Shown here in pieces: positions 1 through 13,032 of a stretch of DNA of 32,262 nt (its first letter is position 1; the number at the start of each line of letters is the position of its first letter). Origin of the DNA: Macrostomum lignano (lineage: Eukaryota). The stretch is from positions 1-32,262 of the forward strand of contig NIVC01001452.1 in assembly GCA_002269645.1 (NCBI GenBank). The letters run 5' to 3'. The position numbers and the translations under genes were made by a program. Under the pieces are notes generated by a model. It was not told the origin of the DNA. It saw only the letters and a program-made list of their open reading frames with translations, and did not search any database.

Positions 1-275
1 GCTCGTTTATTTGGCTGCAGTCGGGTGCAGGACAGCTGGGTTGCCCCGCACCGATCATTTAATCAGCCCAGATAAGTCGCGCAGGCCCAGCTGTTGCACC
101 AGATCAGAATTCTGCTGCGCAAGCAGATTTTTCTGGAATGTTTTTGTGCGCTTATGTCAAAAAACTTAGCTTCTGCTGATTGTTTTTCTAAATAAAACTC
201 AATTAAAAGGTGCATGCTGTCCGCCAGCAAGTGCAGAAATGCGTCGGAGCTGCCACAATCAAATAAAAGATCCTT

Positions 276-1630
<1,355 letters not shown>

Positions 1631-1678
1631 TGAAAACAAAGGAAAAATTCACGCACACAGTTCGACTAGGTTTCTTGG

Positions 1679-1720
1679 AACCGATATTTCGGCCTAGGCT
1701 AGGCGGCCTTCGTCAGGGTT
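1679..1720 (-). ncRNA. Minimal type I hammerhead ribozyme motif (Penelope-like element/retrozyme type)
   Basis: Minus strand reads AACC-CUGACGA-A-GGCC-gccuagccua-GGCC-GAAA-UAUC-GGUU. It has the conserved CUGANGA and GAAA cores, stem II GGCC/GGCC, stem I AACC/GGUU, a loopless palindromic stem III (AUAU) and the cleavage triplet AUC. Confidence 0.75.
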
Positions 1721-1780
1721 TTAACTATTTACGAGTATTAACAACGAAAAGTGCAAAAAAGCTATTTAAAAAAATTCAAA

Positions 1781-2033
<253 letters not shown>

Positions 2034-2381
2034 GGCTGATCCAAGGAGCCGAGAAAGTTCCCAGAAAGAGATTCTGTAGCCCTGGCCCGCTACCGCGGAA
2101 ACGCAGCGACTTTAGGTTAATCGGAAAGGCGGGACAAAGGAAAGAGAGAAATGCTTTGTACGCAGAAACGGCGGCTGCTGCACTGCTGGGAGGCAACCAG
2201 AGCGGCAGCAGTCGGTGAATTCAGCCGGCAGCAAAGTGTAGAACAGCAGGTAGTGAGTGAGCATTGCAGCATGATGAGCGGGAGGAGAATGTAAAAAAGG
2301 CAGCATTGGCTCCGGCATATTCTGGAGTCAGGAAGGCATTTGGAGAGGTAGAGAAGAGAAGAGGTGGACCGGCGGCTCACA

Positions 2382-2395
2382 GTCGTCATGGCAAC
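2382..2395. promoter_or_regulatory. Candidate RFX X-box
   Basis: GTCGTCATGGCAAC fits the 14-bp X-box consensus GTNNYY-AT-RGNAAC and lies ~600 bp upstream of the CXorf65/C22orf15-like ATG. Function is inferred only. Confidence 0.35.
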
Positions 2396-3000
2396 CTGAG
2401 GACTGACTTCCTCTTCCTCTTCCCACCTCTCTCTCTCTCGCTCTGCTGTAGCCGGGTCTGTAAGCGCGATAGGATAGGGTAGGTGATGGCCGTGAGAGAT
2501 AGGAATTGGGTGGGGAGAATGAGCACCTATGCGCGTTGTACCTGGCAGTGCGTGGCATATTAAAAATCGTAGGTGGAGAAGACTTGGCTCCGGTGCAGGC
2601 TAGAGCAACAGTTGGCAGCGCATGTAACACACACAGCATACATTGTTAAAAGTGTCCAAACAGCCCTGTTTAATTGCCAAACTTCGGACAGGCCACCCCC
2701 TGAGTCTCTGGCTCACACCCAAACACGCAACCAGAAGCTGTTATTCTGCCTCCCCTTTGCTTTTATTAATTTCGTCTCTCAGTCGCTGCTTTTAGTCGCC
2801 TTGCATTGAGTTTTTATCTAATCTGCTTCTGCAGCTGCTGTCTGATCTGTACTCAACCAAGCAGAGGCTAAAGCAATACATTCACAGTTTTTAATTGCAA
2901 ATAGCATTTACTAAACTGCTGTATCCCAGGTGCAAAAATCGAATTCTTGCCTAATAAATTTAATTCAACTTAATTACTGAAGCAACTGCCATCAAGCGCG

Positions 3001-4706
3001 ATGTTCATTGTGGTGAAATACGGAGGTGAGGCTCATTGGCATTGTTGCAACTTCTGAATTATAGCAGTCAAATATGAGGCCTCTAAACGCTCTAATTTGA
3101 CACCCCTGCACACAAAAACTGGCACTCTAAACACCCGAAACTGGCACTCTAAACACTCGAAACTTGCGCCTTTTAACACTTAAAACTGACGCCTCAAAAC
3201 ACTCAAAACTCAAACTGGCACCCTAAACGCTCGAAAATGGCGCCCAAAAACCTTAGAGACACGTGGAACATTGAAAGCTTGACTTGTCCCTGCCCTAAAT
3301 AAATGTTTCAACCGTAATAAATATTGCAGACAACAAGCAACAGCTGTTCAACCCCAAATGCTTGGCACAGGCACTTTTAGCCAATATTCGTGAACGATGC
3401 GGCTGCTCCGAAGACGGTGAGACAGCTGACGCTATGTGATTGATGAGATTGATTGATGATGATGTACATATGAGAGGCTGTGATTGGCAGGAGACATCTC
3501 CGTTCGTACAAGGCTGTGACTGTTTATAGTTGTCTGGGAACTAGCGGATGAAACCTTCAATTCCGAAATTGAATTTCCCCTATTCAATGCAGACGTGCTG
3601 GATCTCTCAGACGAGGACGGAAATATTAAACGGATCAGCAAACGACTAGACGAAGATCCAGAGATCGTGTTCAGAGACCGGGAGAGCCTCATCTTGGTCA
3701 AGGAGATCAGTGAGTGACAATTTAGATTTTAATTAAGAGATTTCTTGTTGCCCATTGTATTTTACTGTATTGTAGAGATGATATCCAGCGAAGGCGCTGA
3801 GGAGCGTCTGTACATGCCGCTGCTGGATCAGCTCGAGGATGATGACAGCTTTATCAGTGAGTTTCCGGGAATCGGTGATTTGTGAAACTTCCCCGAGTTT
3901 CACAAAGTCTGATGTGAATTGTTATTGCTCAGGATTGCTCGAGGTTGGTGAATCCTGAGTCTGAGATTGGTGAATCCTGAGTCTGAGGTTGGTGAATCCT
4001 GAGTTTGAGGTTGGTGAATCCTGAGTTTGAGGTTGGTGAATTCTGAGTCTAAGGTTGGTGAATCCTGAGTCTGAGGTTGATTAATCCTGTGTCTGAGGTT
4101 GGTGAATCCTGAGTCTGAGGTTGGTGAATCCTGAGTCTGAGGTTGGTGAATTCTGAGTCTAAGGTTGGTGAATCCTGAGTCTGAGGTTGGTGAATCCTGA
4201 GTCTGAGGTTGGTGAATCCTGAGTTTGAGGTTGGTGAATTCTGAGTCTAAGGTTGGTGAATCCTGAGTCTGAGGTTGATTAATCCTGAGTCTGAGGTTGG
4301 TGAATCCTGAGTCTGAGGTTGGTGAATCCTGAGTCTGAGGTTGGTGAATCCTGAGTCTGAGGTTGGTGAATCCTGAGTCTGAGGTTGGTGAATCCTGAGT
4401 CTGAGCTTGGTGAATCCTGAGTCTGAGGTTGGTGAATCCTGAGTCTGAGGTTGGTGAATCCTGAGTCTGAGGTTGGTGAATCCTATATTCAGAGACCATT
4501 TCGCAGAGCGGCTGAACTCCAGCGGTCCCAAGCGAGGCGCCAAGCGGCTATCAACCACCGCCGGAGGCAGCGGCAAGGCGGCTTCAAGCGGCTCGGCTGA
4601 CAAGGCGAACAACGGCGGCTCGCTGTCGAGCCGGCGAGTCTCCAACTCCGGCGCCAGACTGAGCGTCGACAAAGGCGGCAGTCGGCGGAGCAGCCGCATC
4701 AAGTAG
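3001..4706 (+). CDS. CXorf65/C22orf15-family protein, 5 exons, ~173 aa
   Basis: Exons 3001-3025, 3330-3416, 3593-3709, 3776-3856 and 4495-4706, all GT-AG and phase-consistent. Product: MFIVVKYGDNKQQLFNPKCLAQALLANIRERCGCSEDDVLDLSDEDGNIK...ESLILVKEIK...LYMPLLDQLEDD. This matches the family pattern MFIxxxxGDNxxxLxNxxC...IDL.....G....YxxLL. The last acceptor is a tandem CAGAG; using 4493 instead would give a short C-terminus. Confidence 0.8.
3110..3250. repeat. Degenerate ~22-bp tandem repeat in intron 1
   Basis: Several diverged copies of aaactggcactctaaacacycg. Confidence 0.6.
3941..4484. repeat. 22-bp minisatellite (GAGGTTGGTGAATCCTGAGTCT)n in intron 4
   Basis: About 25 copies, ending ~10 nt before the exon-5 acceptor. 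A related single copy lies near 5057. Confidence 0.97.
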
Positions 4707-5568
4707 AGTGCGCGACTGGGAGGGAGCCGTGACCCCAGTCTGCCTGCGGTAGCTCGAGTATGCTGTTATTAAAACAAGTGCTTCTAAAAGACCACAGGAA
4801 TTTATATGGTTGTATCAAAGTCTTTTATTTTGAATTTTAGTTGTCCTTGACCCCCCAAGTTGAACCTCGTACGCTGCGTGATTGCGAGAGACCGTAGTAC
4901 TTGCAACGCTTCAAAATAGTGCAAGATATGTTGAATATGATATGTTGTTCGGTCTAAATTTCAAAGATTTGGACTATTCCTGTCTAATTAACATTGTCAG
5001 TGGTAAAACTTTGAGGCAACCCAATTGACAGGTACATTAGGGTTCATGGATTTTTAGGTTGGTGAATCCTGTGAATCTCAGAGTCACACCTCGCAATGCC
5101 TTTAAAAATCCCCCAAAAACATTACTGATAGGAGCATCAAGTGTTTGAGCACCTGTTCTGTAAACGACCCCGCACTTTGCAAGATTTGCACTTATTTATG
5201 CGGCTGTCCAGAACGCTTGAAAAAATAAGACGATTGTCTGAGCCCGACGCGTGATGATTTCGTATGGTTTTCTTTTTCTAAAAAATACACGCAAGATTAA
5301 TATTGCTTATCTATTTCTTAATTGTTTAATCAATAGATTGTGCATTTTTGTTTGTATATCTTGGCTACTTAAAGTAGGCTTAAAAAGATTGTAAATATCG
5401 CAGATTAATTTATTTGGTCGGATTACAACAGACACAGATAAGAAGACAATTGGGCAGACGACAAAAAGATTTCAATAATAAAGATTTTCTATAGCAAGCT
5501 TCAAAATTAACACCTGGTCAAAGAAAGTCCGCATTGGGAAAAAGCAGAAAAAAGAAACAACGGCTGCC

Positions 5569-8500
5569 TCAGACGGGAGCTCTGCCGTTGGCCTCGATGT
5601 CTGCGTCGTGAGGCCGATAATTCTCTTCCGGAAGCAGAAGAATGGGGCTGGAAAGTCCGGATAAAATATTGTTTGTTTGTAGCTGATAAACCCACGCATG
5701 AACCCAGCACTGAATGACTGGCTAGCTGATAAACACAAGCATGAACCCAGCACTGAATGACTGGCTAGCTGATAAACACAAGCATGAACCCAGACTGAAT
5801 GATTGGCTAGCTGATAAACACACGCATGAACCCAGACTGAATGATTGGCTAGCTGATAAACACACGCATGAACCCAGCACTGAATGACTGGCTAGCTGAT
5901 AAACACAAGCATGAACCCAGCACTGAATGACTGGCTAGCTGATAAACACAAGCATGAACCCAGACTGAATGATTGGCTAGCTGATAAACACACGCATGAA
6001 CCCAGACTGAATGATTGGCTAGCTGATAAACACACGCATGAACCCAGCACTGAATGATTGGCTAGCTGATAAACACACGCATGAACCCAGCACTGAATGA
6101 CTGGCTAGCTGATAAACACACGCATGAGCCCAGCAACGCGTGGACAGCAATATGAATCATAACAATGAAATTAAAAGCTTCACATTAAAGTCTCAAGTCA
6201 AAATGAGATTTAATCAACTCCTCAACACACAGACTGTATTACGGAAGGAAGTCTCCATCATTCCAAACATTATTAAATAGCCTGCATTGTGTGGCAGGAC
6301 TTTATAGAATCCCTATTCATTGGGAGGCACGGCTGGCAGGCGGATGTAGATGTCATCAGGCCGAACTGCAGTACATCATAACTAAATGGACATCTCTATT
6401 TTCTGACAAAAGATTGCGAGAAGTGGCGCCCGCCGTCCTACTTAAAGTAGAAGGAGTAGTAGATATAGTAGAAAATCACATATTTTATCCCAAAGAATTA
6501 TCCCATCCCGTTGAATGGCGTCAGCAAGATGATGTACATTTTAGTACATCATATAACTTAGTTTAAGAAGTATAGAGACGGCAGGATGCTTACTTAGCGC
6601 TGACGGCACTGGGGGGCCGCTGATCCCAGGAGGGAGAGCCGATGCGCTGCTCCCAGTTCACACCGTCAGCCAGCCTGCAAATTACAGTTTAATCTATGAT
6701 AATTAGGGAAAAATATTATTTAATCCCATTCCAATATGTAAGACTAAAGGATTCGATTATGAATTACAGGATGAATCTCGATGGGATTACAGGATGAATC
6801 TCGATGGGATTAGAGGATTATTCTCAATAGGATTAGAGGATTATTCTCAATAGGATTAGAGGATTATTCTCAATGGGATTAGAGGATTATTCTCAATGGG
6901 ATTAGATGACTATTCTCAATGGGATTAGATGATTATTCTCAATGGGATTAGATGACTATTCTCAATGGGATTAGATGACTATTCTCAATGGGATTAGATG
7001 ACTATTCTCAATGGGATTAGAGGACTATTCTCAAAGGGATTAGATGACTATTCTCAATGGGATTAGATGACTATTCTCAATGGGATTAGATGATTATTCT
7101 CAATGGGATTAGAGGACTATTCTCAAAGGGATTAGATGACTATTCTCAATGGGATTAGATGATTATTCTCAATGGGATTAGATGACTATTCTCAATGGGA
7201 TTAGATGACTATTCTCAATGGGATTAGATGACTATTCTCAATGGGATTAGAGGACTATTCTCAAAGGGATTAGATGACTATTCTCAATGGGATTAGATGA
7301 CTATTCTCAATGGGATTAGATGATTATTCTCAATGGGATTAGAGGACTATTCTCAAAGGGATTAGATGACTATTCTCAATGGGATTAGATGATTATTCTC
7401 AATGGGATTAGAGGACTATTCTCAAAGGGGTTAGAGCGAGTTCAGCTAAAAGCAGACCGCAACCAACCAGGACTTGACCGGCAGAGGCCACAGCTGCCAT
7501 CGATTGCCGAATACTTGACGGAAATTCCGCTTAAATCCCAGATCGAAGGCCCGGTAGTCCGGTCCCGACTCCAGTATGGGAGCTCGCGAGCTTTCCAGCG
7601 TGGTCCGATTGCGCAGCGTCAGGAATGCGTGGTAGCCGGCCAGGAATACCAGGGACAGGGAGAACAGCCAGGCCACGAAGAATACGAATAGGACATGGAA
7701 TCTGTAGGCCTCCACGTCTGCTATACCGGCCTGGTGGTGACAGTGAGATACTGGGTGAGATTGCTGAGATCCTAGGTGAGATTTCTGAGAGACTGGGTGA
7801 GATTTCTAAGAGACTGGGTGAGATTGCTGAGATCCTAGGTGAGATTTCTGAGATACTGGGTGAGATTGCTGAGATACTGGGTGAGATTGCTGAGATCCTG
7901 GATGAGATTGCTGAGAGACTGGGTGAGATTTCTGAGATACTGGGTGAGATTGCTGAGATCCTGGGTGAGATTTCTGAAAGACTGGGTGAGATTGCTGAGA
8001 GACTGGGTGAGATTGCTGAGATACTGGGTGAGATTGCTGAGATACTGGGTGAGATTGCTGAGATCCTGGGTGAGATTTCTGAGAGACTGGGTGAGATTGC
8101 TGAGAGACTGGGTGAGATTGCTGAGATACTGGGTGAGATTGCTGAGATACTGGGTGAGATTGCTGAGATCCTGGGTGAGATTTCTGAGAGACTGGGTGAG
8201 ATTGCTGAGAGACTGGGTGAGATTGCTGAGATACTGGGTGAGATTGCTGAGATACTGGGTGAGATTGCTGAGATCCTGGATGAGATTGCTGAGAGACTGG
8301 GTGAGATTTCTGAGATACTGGGTGAGATTGCTGAGATCCTGGGTGAGATTTCTGAAAGACTGGGTGAGATTGCTGAGAGACTGGGTGAGATTGCTGAGAT
8401 ACTGGGTGAGATTGCTGAGATACTGGGTGAGATTGCTGAGATACTGGGTGAGATTGCTGAGATCCTGGGTGAGATTTCTGAGAGACTGGGTGAGATTGCT

Positions 8501-10811
8501 GAGAGACTGGGTGAGATTTCTGAGATCCTGGGTGAGATTTCTGAGATCCTGGGTGTGATTGCTGAGATCCTGGGTGAGATTGCTGAGATCCTGGATGAGA
8601 TTGCTGAGAGACTGGGTGAGATTTCTGAGATACTGGGTGAGATTGCTGAGATCCTGGGTGAGATTTCTGAGATCCTGGGTGTGATTGCTGAGATCCTGGG
8701 TGAGATTGCTGAGATCCTGGATGAGATTGCTGAGAGACTGGGTGAGATTGCTGAGATACTGGGTGAGATTGCTGAGATCCTGGGTGAGATTGCTGAGATT
8801 ACTAGATGAGATTGCTGAGAGACTGGGTGAGATTGCTGAGATACTGGGTGAGATTGCTGAGATCCTGGGTGAGATTGCTGAGATTACTGGGTGAGATTGC
8901 TGAGATACTGGGTAAGATTTCTGAGAGACTGGGTGAGATTGCTGAGATACTGAGTGAGAATGAGATACTGGGTGAGATTGCTGTGAGATACTAGGTTAGA
9001 TAATATTCTTACTGAGATACAACCGGTCTATTTTAAACCAGAACTCACAGTCCAAAATGCCACGAAGTACTTAGCAGACGAGCCGCCAACGTAGAAGCAG
9101 TACAGAGCTCCGTAGACTAGGAATAGCAGAAAGTATTTGTAGTTATGCAAGCCAACGCAGTTGTTCACCCAGGGACAGTGGTGGTCCATTTTTAGTAGAC
9201 AGCTGCATTGAGTGCGCAAATGTTCTCTCGTGTAATGACAACCGAGATCTAAAGATGACATTGGGACTTCGAGATTGGGATCTGGGTTGAGATCGGGATC
9301 TAGAGTTGGGATGGGGATCTAGAGTTGTAATGGGATCTAGAGATATAATGGGGATCTAGAGTTGTAATGGGGATCTAGAGTTGTAATGGGGATCTAGAGT
9401 TGTAATGGGGATCTAGAGTTGTAATGGGATCTAGAGTTGTAATGGGGATCTAGAGTTGTAATGGGGATCTAGAGTTGTAATGGGGATCTAGAGTTGGGAT
9501 TGGGATCTAGAGTTGTAATGGGGATCTAGAGTTGGGATGGGGATCTAGAGTTGTAATGGGGATCTAGAGTTGGGATGGGGATCTAGAGTTGGGATGGGGA
9601 TCTAGAGTTGGGATCGGGATCTAGAGTTGTAATGGGGATCTAGAGTTGGGATGGGGATCTAGAGTTGGGATGGGGATCTAGAGTTGGGATGGGGATCTAG
9701 AGTTGGGATGGGGATCTAGAGTTGGGATGGGGATCTAGAGTTAGGATGGGGATCTAGAGTTGGGATGGGGATCTAGAGTTAGGATGGGGATCTAGAGTTG
9801 GGATGGGGATCTAGAGTTGGGATTGGGATCTAGATTCACGGGAATCTTACACTCCGCAGGTGGAGCAGTGATGTGCCCGATCGGGTTTAATGAGCTGGCA
9901 GGAGTCACAAAGCCGGATGAATCTGCCTTGGCTGGTGCTGCCGCTGTTCCCGCCATTGCTGCCAAAAGAGCCGCGAGTGTACATAGGAAGATGACGCTCA
10001 GCAATAACACCCAGCAGGTAATCCTGCCATCTTGAACTGGACTCAGATTCATTGCCTTCAACTATTTGAATGTTGGCTAGGTCTGTCTGACTTAGCTTGA
10101 ACTGGTCAAAGGATAGGCAATTAGTATTTTTTTACTAATTAAACATAAAAATATTGAAGCAATATATTAGGACATAACAAACAAAAACTTACCTCAGATG
10201 GGACAAGCAAAGGCTTTGTCAATATTGTCTGAATGTAGGCCCAGACAAACATTCCAAAAAATATATGATAGAAAACAATCAATACCACTAAAAAGGTATG
10301 GGTTTATTAGATTAGATTGCAAATATAACAAATTATATCTTCTAAATTTCTAATTCAATTTAAAAAAATAGTTAAAATAAAGTTAAGTATACTAAGCATT
10401 TAGCAACTTAGCTAGTTCATTTTAATAAATTCATTATATCCAAGGTCTACAAAAATATCTATCTTTTAAAGGGATATATAATTTGATCTAAAATAAAATA
10501 TTAAAAGAAATAAGTTAATCATCATTGTCAACTAATATTACATATAGATAAGATCAAAATTATACAAAATTACCTTTTTCACCAACACTTGTACTCGGAA
10601 TAGCATCTAAAGTTATAATTGGAAATTATATTTAATAAAATTTATTCTATAAACAAAAAACAATTTATTAAAAAATAAAGCTACAAAATTGAAACTTACA
10701 TATGCACATTGCAACTACATAGGCATAGTATGACCAAGATAATATAAGGGAAATAAAGACAAGTGGTATCGCTCTTGAAATTTTAATGCAAATTAATAAA
10801 CACTTGTTCAT
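5569..10811 (-). CDS. ZDHHC2/15/20: DHHC palmitoyltransferase, ZDHHC2/15/20 subfamily, 8 exons, 355 aa
   Basis: Minus-strand exons 10811-10700, 10606-10574, 10287-10193, 10101-9851, 9202-9049, 7730-7468, 6674-6594 and 5647-5569 (1068 nt, phases consistent). Motifs: [79 protein letters not shown]. Confidence 0.93.
5680..6133. repeat. 42-43-bp minisatellite in ZDHHC intron 7
   Basis: About 10 copies of gcatgaacccagcactgaatgactggctagctgataaacacaa. Confidence 0.97.
6765..7428. repeat. 23-bp minisatellite in ZDHHC intron 6
   Basis: Tandem gggattagatgactattctcaat and variants. Confidence 0.97.
7741..8995. repeat. 21-bp minisatellite in ZDHHC intron 5
   Basis: About 60 copies of gagattgctgagatactgggt and variants. 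It produces the spurious EIAEILG and RLLRYWV ORFs. Confidence 0.98.
9275..9835. repeat. 19-bp minisatellite in ZDHHC intron 4
   Basis: Tandem ggggatctagagtt(gggat/gtaat). Confidence 0.97.
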
Positions 10812-11991
10812 TTTTATTTTAGTTACACAAGTTTGAGAGTTGATGACCTAAATAAATCAAAGAAATATATTCAATATATCACTGTGCTAGCAAGGAGAAT
10901 GACTAATAGTATGGCACACATTCAAGTCTATATTCCATATTATTGGTTGTGTATTATAACTTTCTTAAATAAAACTAATTACTAAAGTCTGAAAGTATTT
11001 GATAAATAGATTTAACATTGTCAGGAATCTAAGATGGATCATTCAATATATTTTATCCATTTTTGTGCGTTAAAATAGCTAATCAATATATTTCGACTTC
11101 ATCGCCTGTGAGAGACAGGAGGGAAGGGGGGTGGGTTGTAGGACTGCGTGCAAGGTGCAAGAGTCGTAGTAGAACGAAACTGCTGCCAAGTCTGCCAGGA
11201 AGCTAGTGCCAGAAAAATTTTAAAACCCAATTCCTATTTAGTACTTTAAAATCCCGCCGTAACGGAGATCGATGCTAAACCACCCAATAAAACAACGATT
11301 TACTACTTGAATAATAAAATTTACAACAGTCTTAGATTTAAAATGATTGCATAGTATCTTTAAAAAATCAATATGTCCTATTTTTTCTTTCATTCTGTAG
11401 AAACAAGTTCTCTAAAAATGGCGAATACTCGTATTCTAAACTAATAGATCCGATCGACATCTGCAGCAACGTGAGAATTAAAACCACCAACCGTAACTAC
11501 CAAAGTGAAAATAAAGTGATAAGTTAACTAATGACCTTAATGCAACTTATAAAAACCAGCAAAAATGCATTGACAGTTACTTTCAAAGCTAATGACACTG
11601 GAAAACTACAATTTTTGTGAAGAAACCTATATGCGATGCATGCAATTATAAGAACGAATCTGTTTCTGTGGGTTGAGCGACTGCTGAATGATTTTTGCAG
11701 AAAATAATAAACAGCAAACATTCTGAGCAAAATAGCAAGTAAAAATGATACGCAACTGGGTGGTGCTAGCTGGAGAAGCCCATATGCGATTGTTAATTCT
11801 AAGACTAATTAAAAAGACGTACTAAGTTAAATATTCAGAGTTTTGTAAGACGAAAATATTTCACCATAGACTATTTTACGCAGTTCAAAACAGGTCAAAA
11901 AACGATTTTAAAGCCCTTAATAGCACGCTCAAAACTTTCGAGAGTAAAAATATTATCAAACCGAATTGAACAGCTGAAGCTAGCTATCGCC

Positions 11992-12806
11992 CTGGGGGTG
12001 TTTTACGAACCAAAGTTCAATCTTAAGATCAAACTTAGGATTGAGTTTAGGATCGACGTGTTCTATGAAGATAAAAGTCGATCTTAGCTGGGATCCAACT
12101 TAGGTCTGACCTAAGGAAATTGATAAGATCGAACTTACGACTGGTGCGTTTTATCAAGAGGACAAGAGAGACTGTCTATGACCAAAACTGTCATGGTCGA
12201 TCTTAACTTTAGAACACATCTAGATCGTTTTCCTAAGTTTTAAGTCGCTATCTGAACAGCAAGAGCCGATCTTTTGGAATAAAATGTTTGCCGTTTTAAT
12301 TGCTCGTCGTGCGACCGAGAGGCAAAGGATTCCTCGGGTTTTTCGGGACAGGTTAGTGTTAATGATAGATAGTTCTTTCAATATATCATGAAATTATATT
12401 GTAAACTGCGATGCCATCTCAGCATCGGCTTCTCTCTTGCCATCTCCAGCAGGATCTCAATCTCTTTCTGACTAAAATTAGGTCTTCTTTTATCAGCCAT
12501 TCGAATCTGATTTGCAATGCAAAATAAACTCAATGAACAAGAAGTACTATAAGCTGTGACCGTGTCTCTGCTGGCTAAAATAAGGCATATATAAAACGGC
12601 TAAAGTTTGACGCCGCGCAGAATTAGTCTATGGTCAACCCTATCTTAAACTTTCTCGTCCAGAACCAAAGCTCGACCTTAGCTAAGATCGAGGTTAGAAG
12701 TGACTCCTAAGTGTTTGTAAAACGCATTTACGGCTCAGTCTTAAGTTCGAGCCTAAGTTGGAACTTAGGAGTCAGTCTTAAGACGCAGTTCGTAAAACAC
12801 CCCCAG
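11992..12806 (-). mobile_element. Non-autonomous PIF/Harbinger DNA transposon (~0.8 kb)
   Basis: Terminal inverted repeat CCTGGGGGTGTTTTACGAAC (11991-12010) / GTTCGTAAAACACCCCCAGG (12788-12807). The ends fit a CWG target (CTG left, CAG right; not identical). An internal minus-strand remnant resembles a Myb/SANT N-terminus. Confidence 0.75.
12378..12500 (-). pseudogene. Truncated Harbinger Myb/SANT-like ORF (40 aa)
   Basis: MADKRRPNFSQKEIEILLEMAREK resembles the RxxNFSxxExxxLLE start of the Myb/SANT-like DNA-binding proteins encoded by Harbingers. It stops after 40 codons. Confidence 0.65.
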
Positions 12807-12807
12807 G

Positions 12808-13032
12808 ATGAGGTCGCACTCGCAACAACCGTCACCTGTCGCCACCACTTATAACAAGCCGGAGAGACAGACGGCTTCAACTCCGCGCAAGCGAGCCCGT
12901 CCAGCCAAGCGGAAACGCTCCGCCTCTAAGGGGGCCAGTAGGATGCGGTCCGCCTCCAGGGGGACCCGCAAGCCGAAGCGCTCCGCCTCTACAGGGGCCG
13001 GCAAGAAGCGCAGACGAGCCACCAGAAAGTGA
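12808..13032 (+). CDS. Small Arg/Lys/Ser/Ala-rich protamine-like or H1-tail-like protein (74 aa)
   Basis: Three RSAS repeats (KRSASKG, MRSASRG, KRSASTG) and basic clusters. The ATG abuts the Harbinger TIR; the true start and expression are unverified. Confidence 0.4.
   Translation: MRSHSQQPSPVATTYNKPERQTASTPRKRARPAKRKRSASKGASRMRSASRGTRKPKRSASTGAGKKRRRATRK

Noticed and set aside
55-132. Possible minus-strand terminal exon (KNLLAQQNSDLVQQLGLRDLSGLIK*) with acceptor TTCCAG and AATAAA at 6-11
   Set aside because: Plausible, but no recognisable family and no upstream exon can be assigned with confidence (2040-2390 gives only speculative frames).
7625-8994. 394-aa EIAEILG heptad ORF resembling a coiled coil
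   Set aside because: It is the 21-bp intronic minisatellite read antisense to ZDHHC; the heptad is an artefact of unit length.
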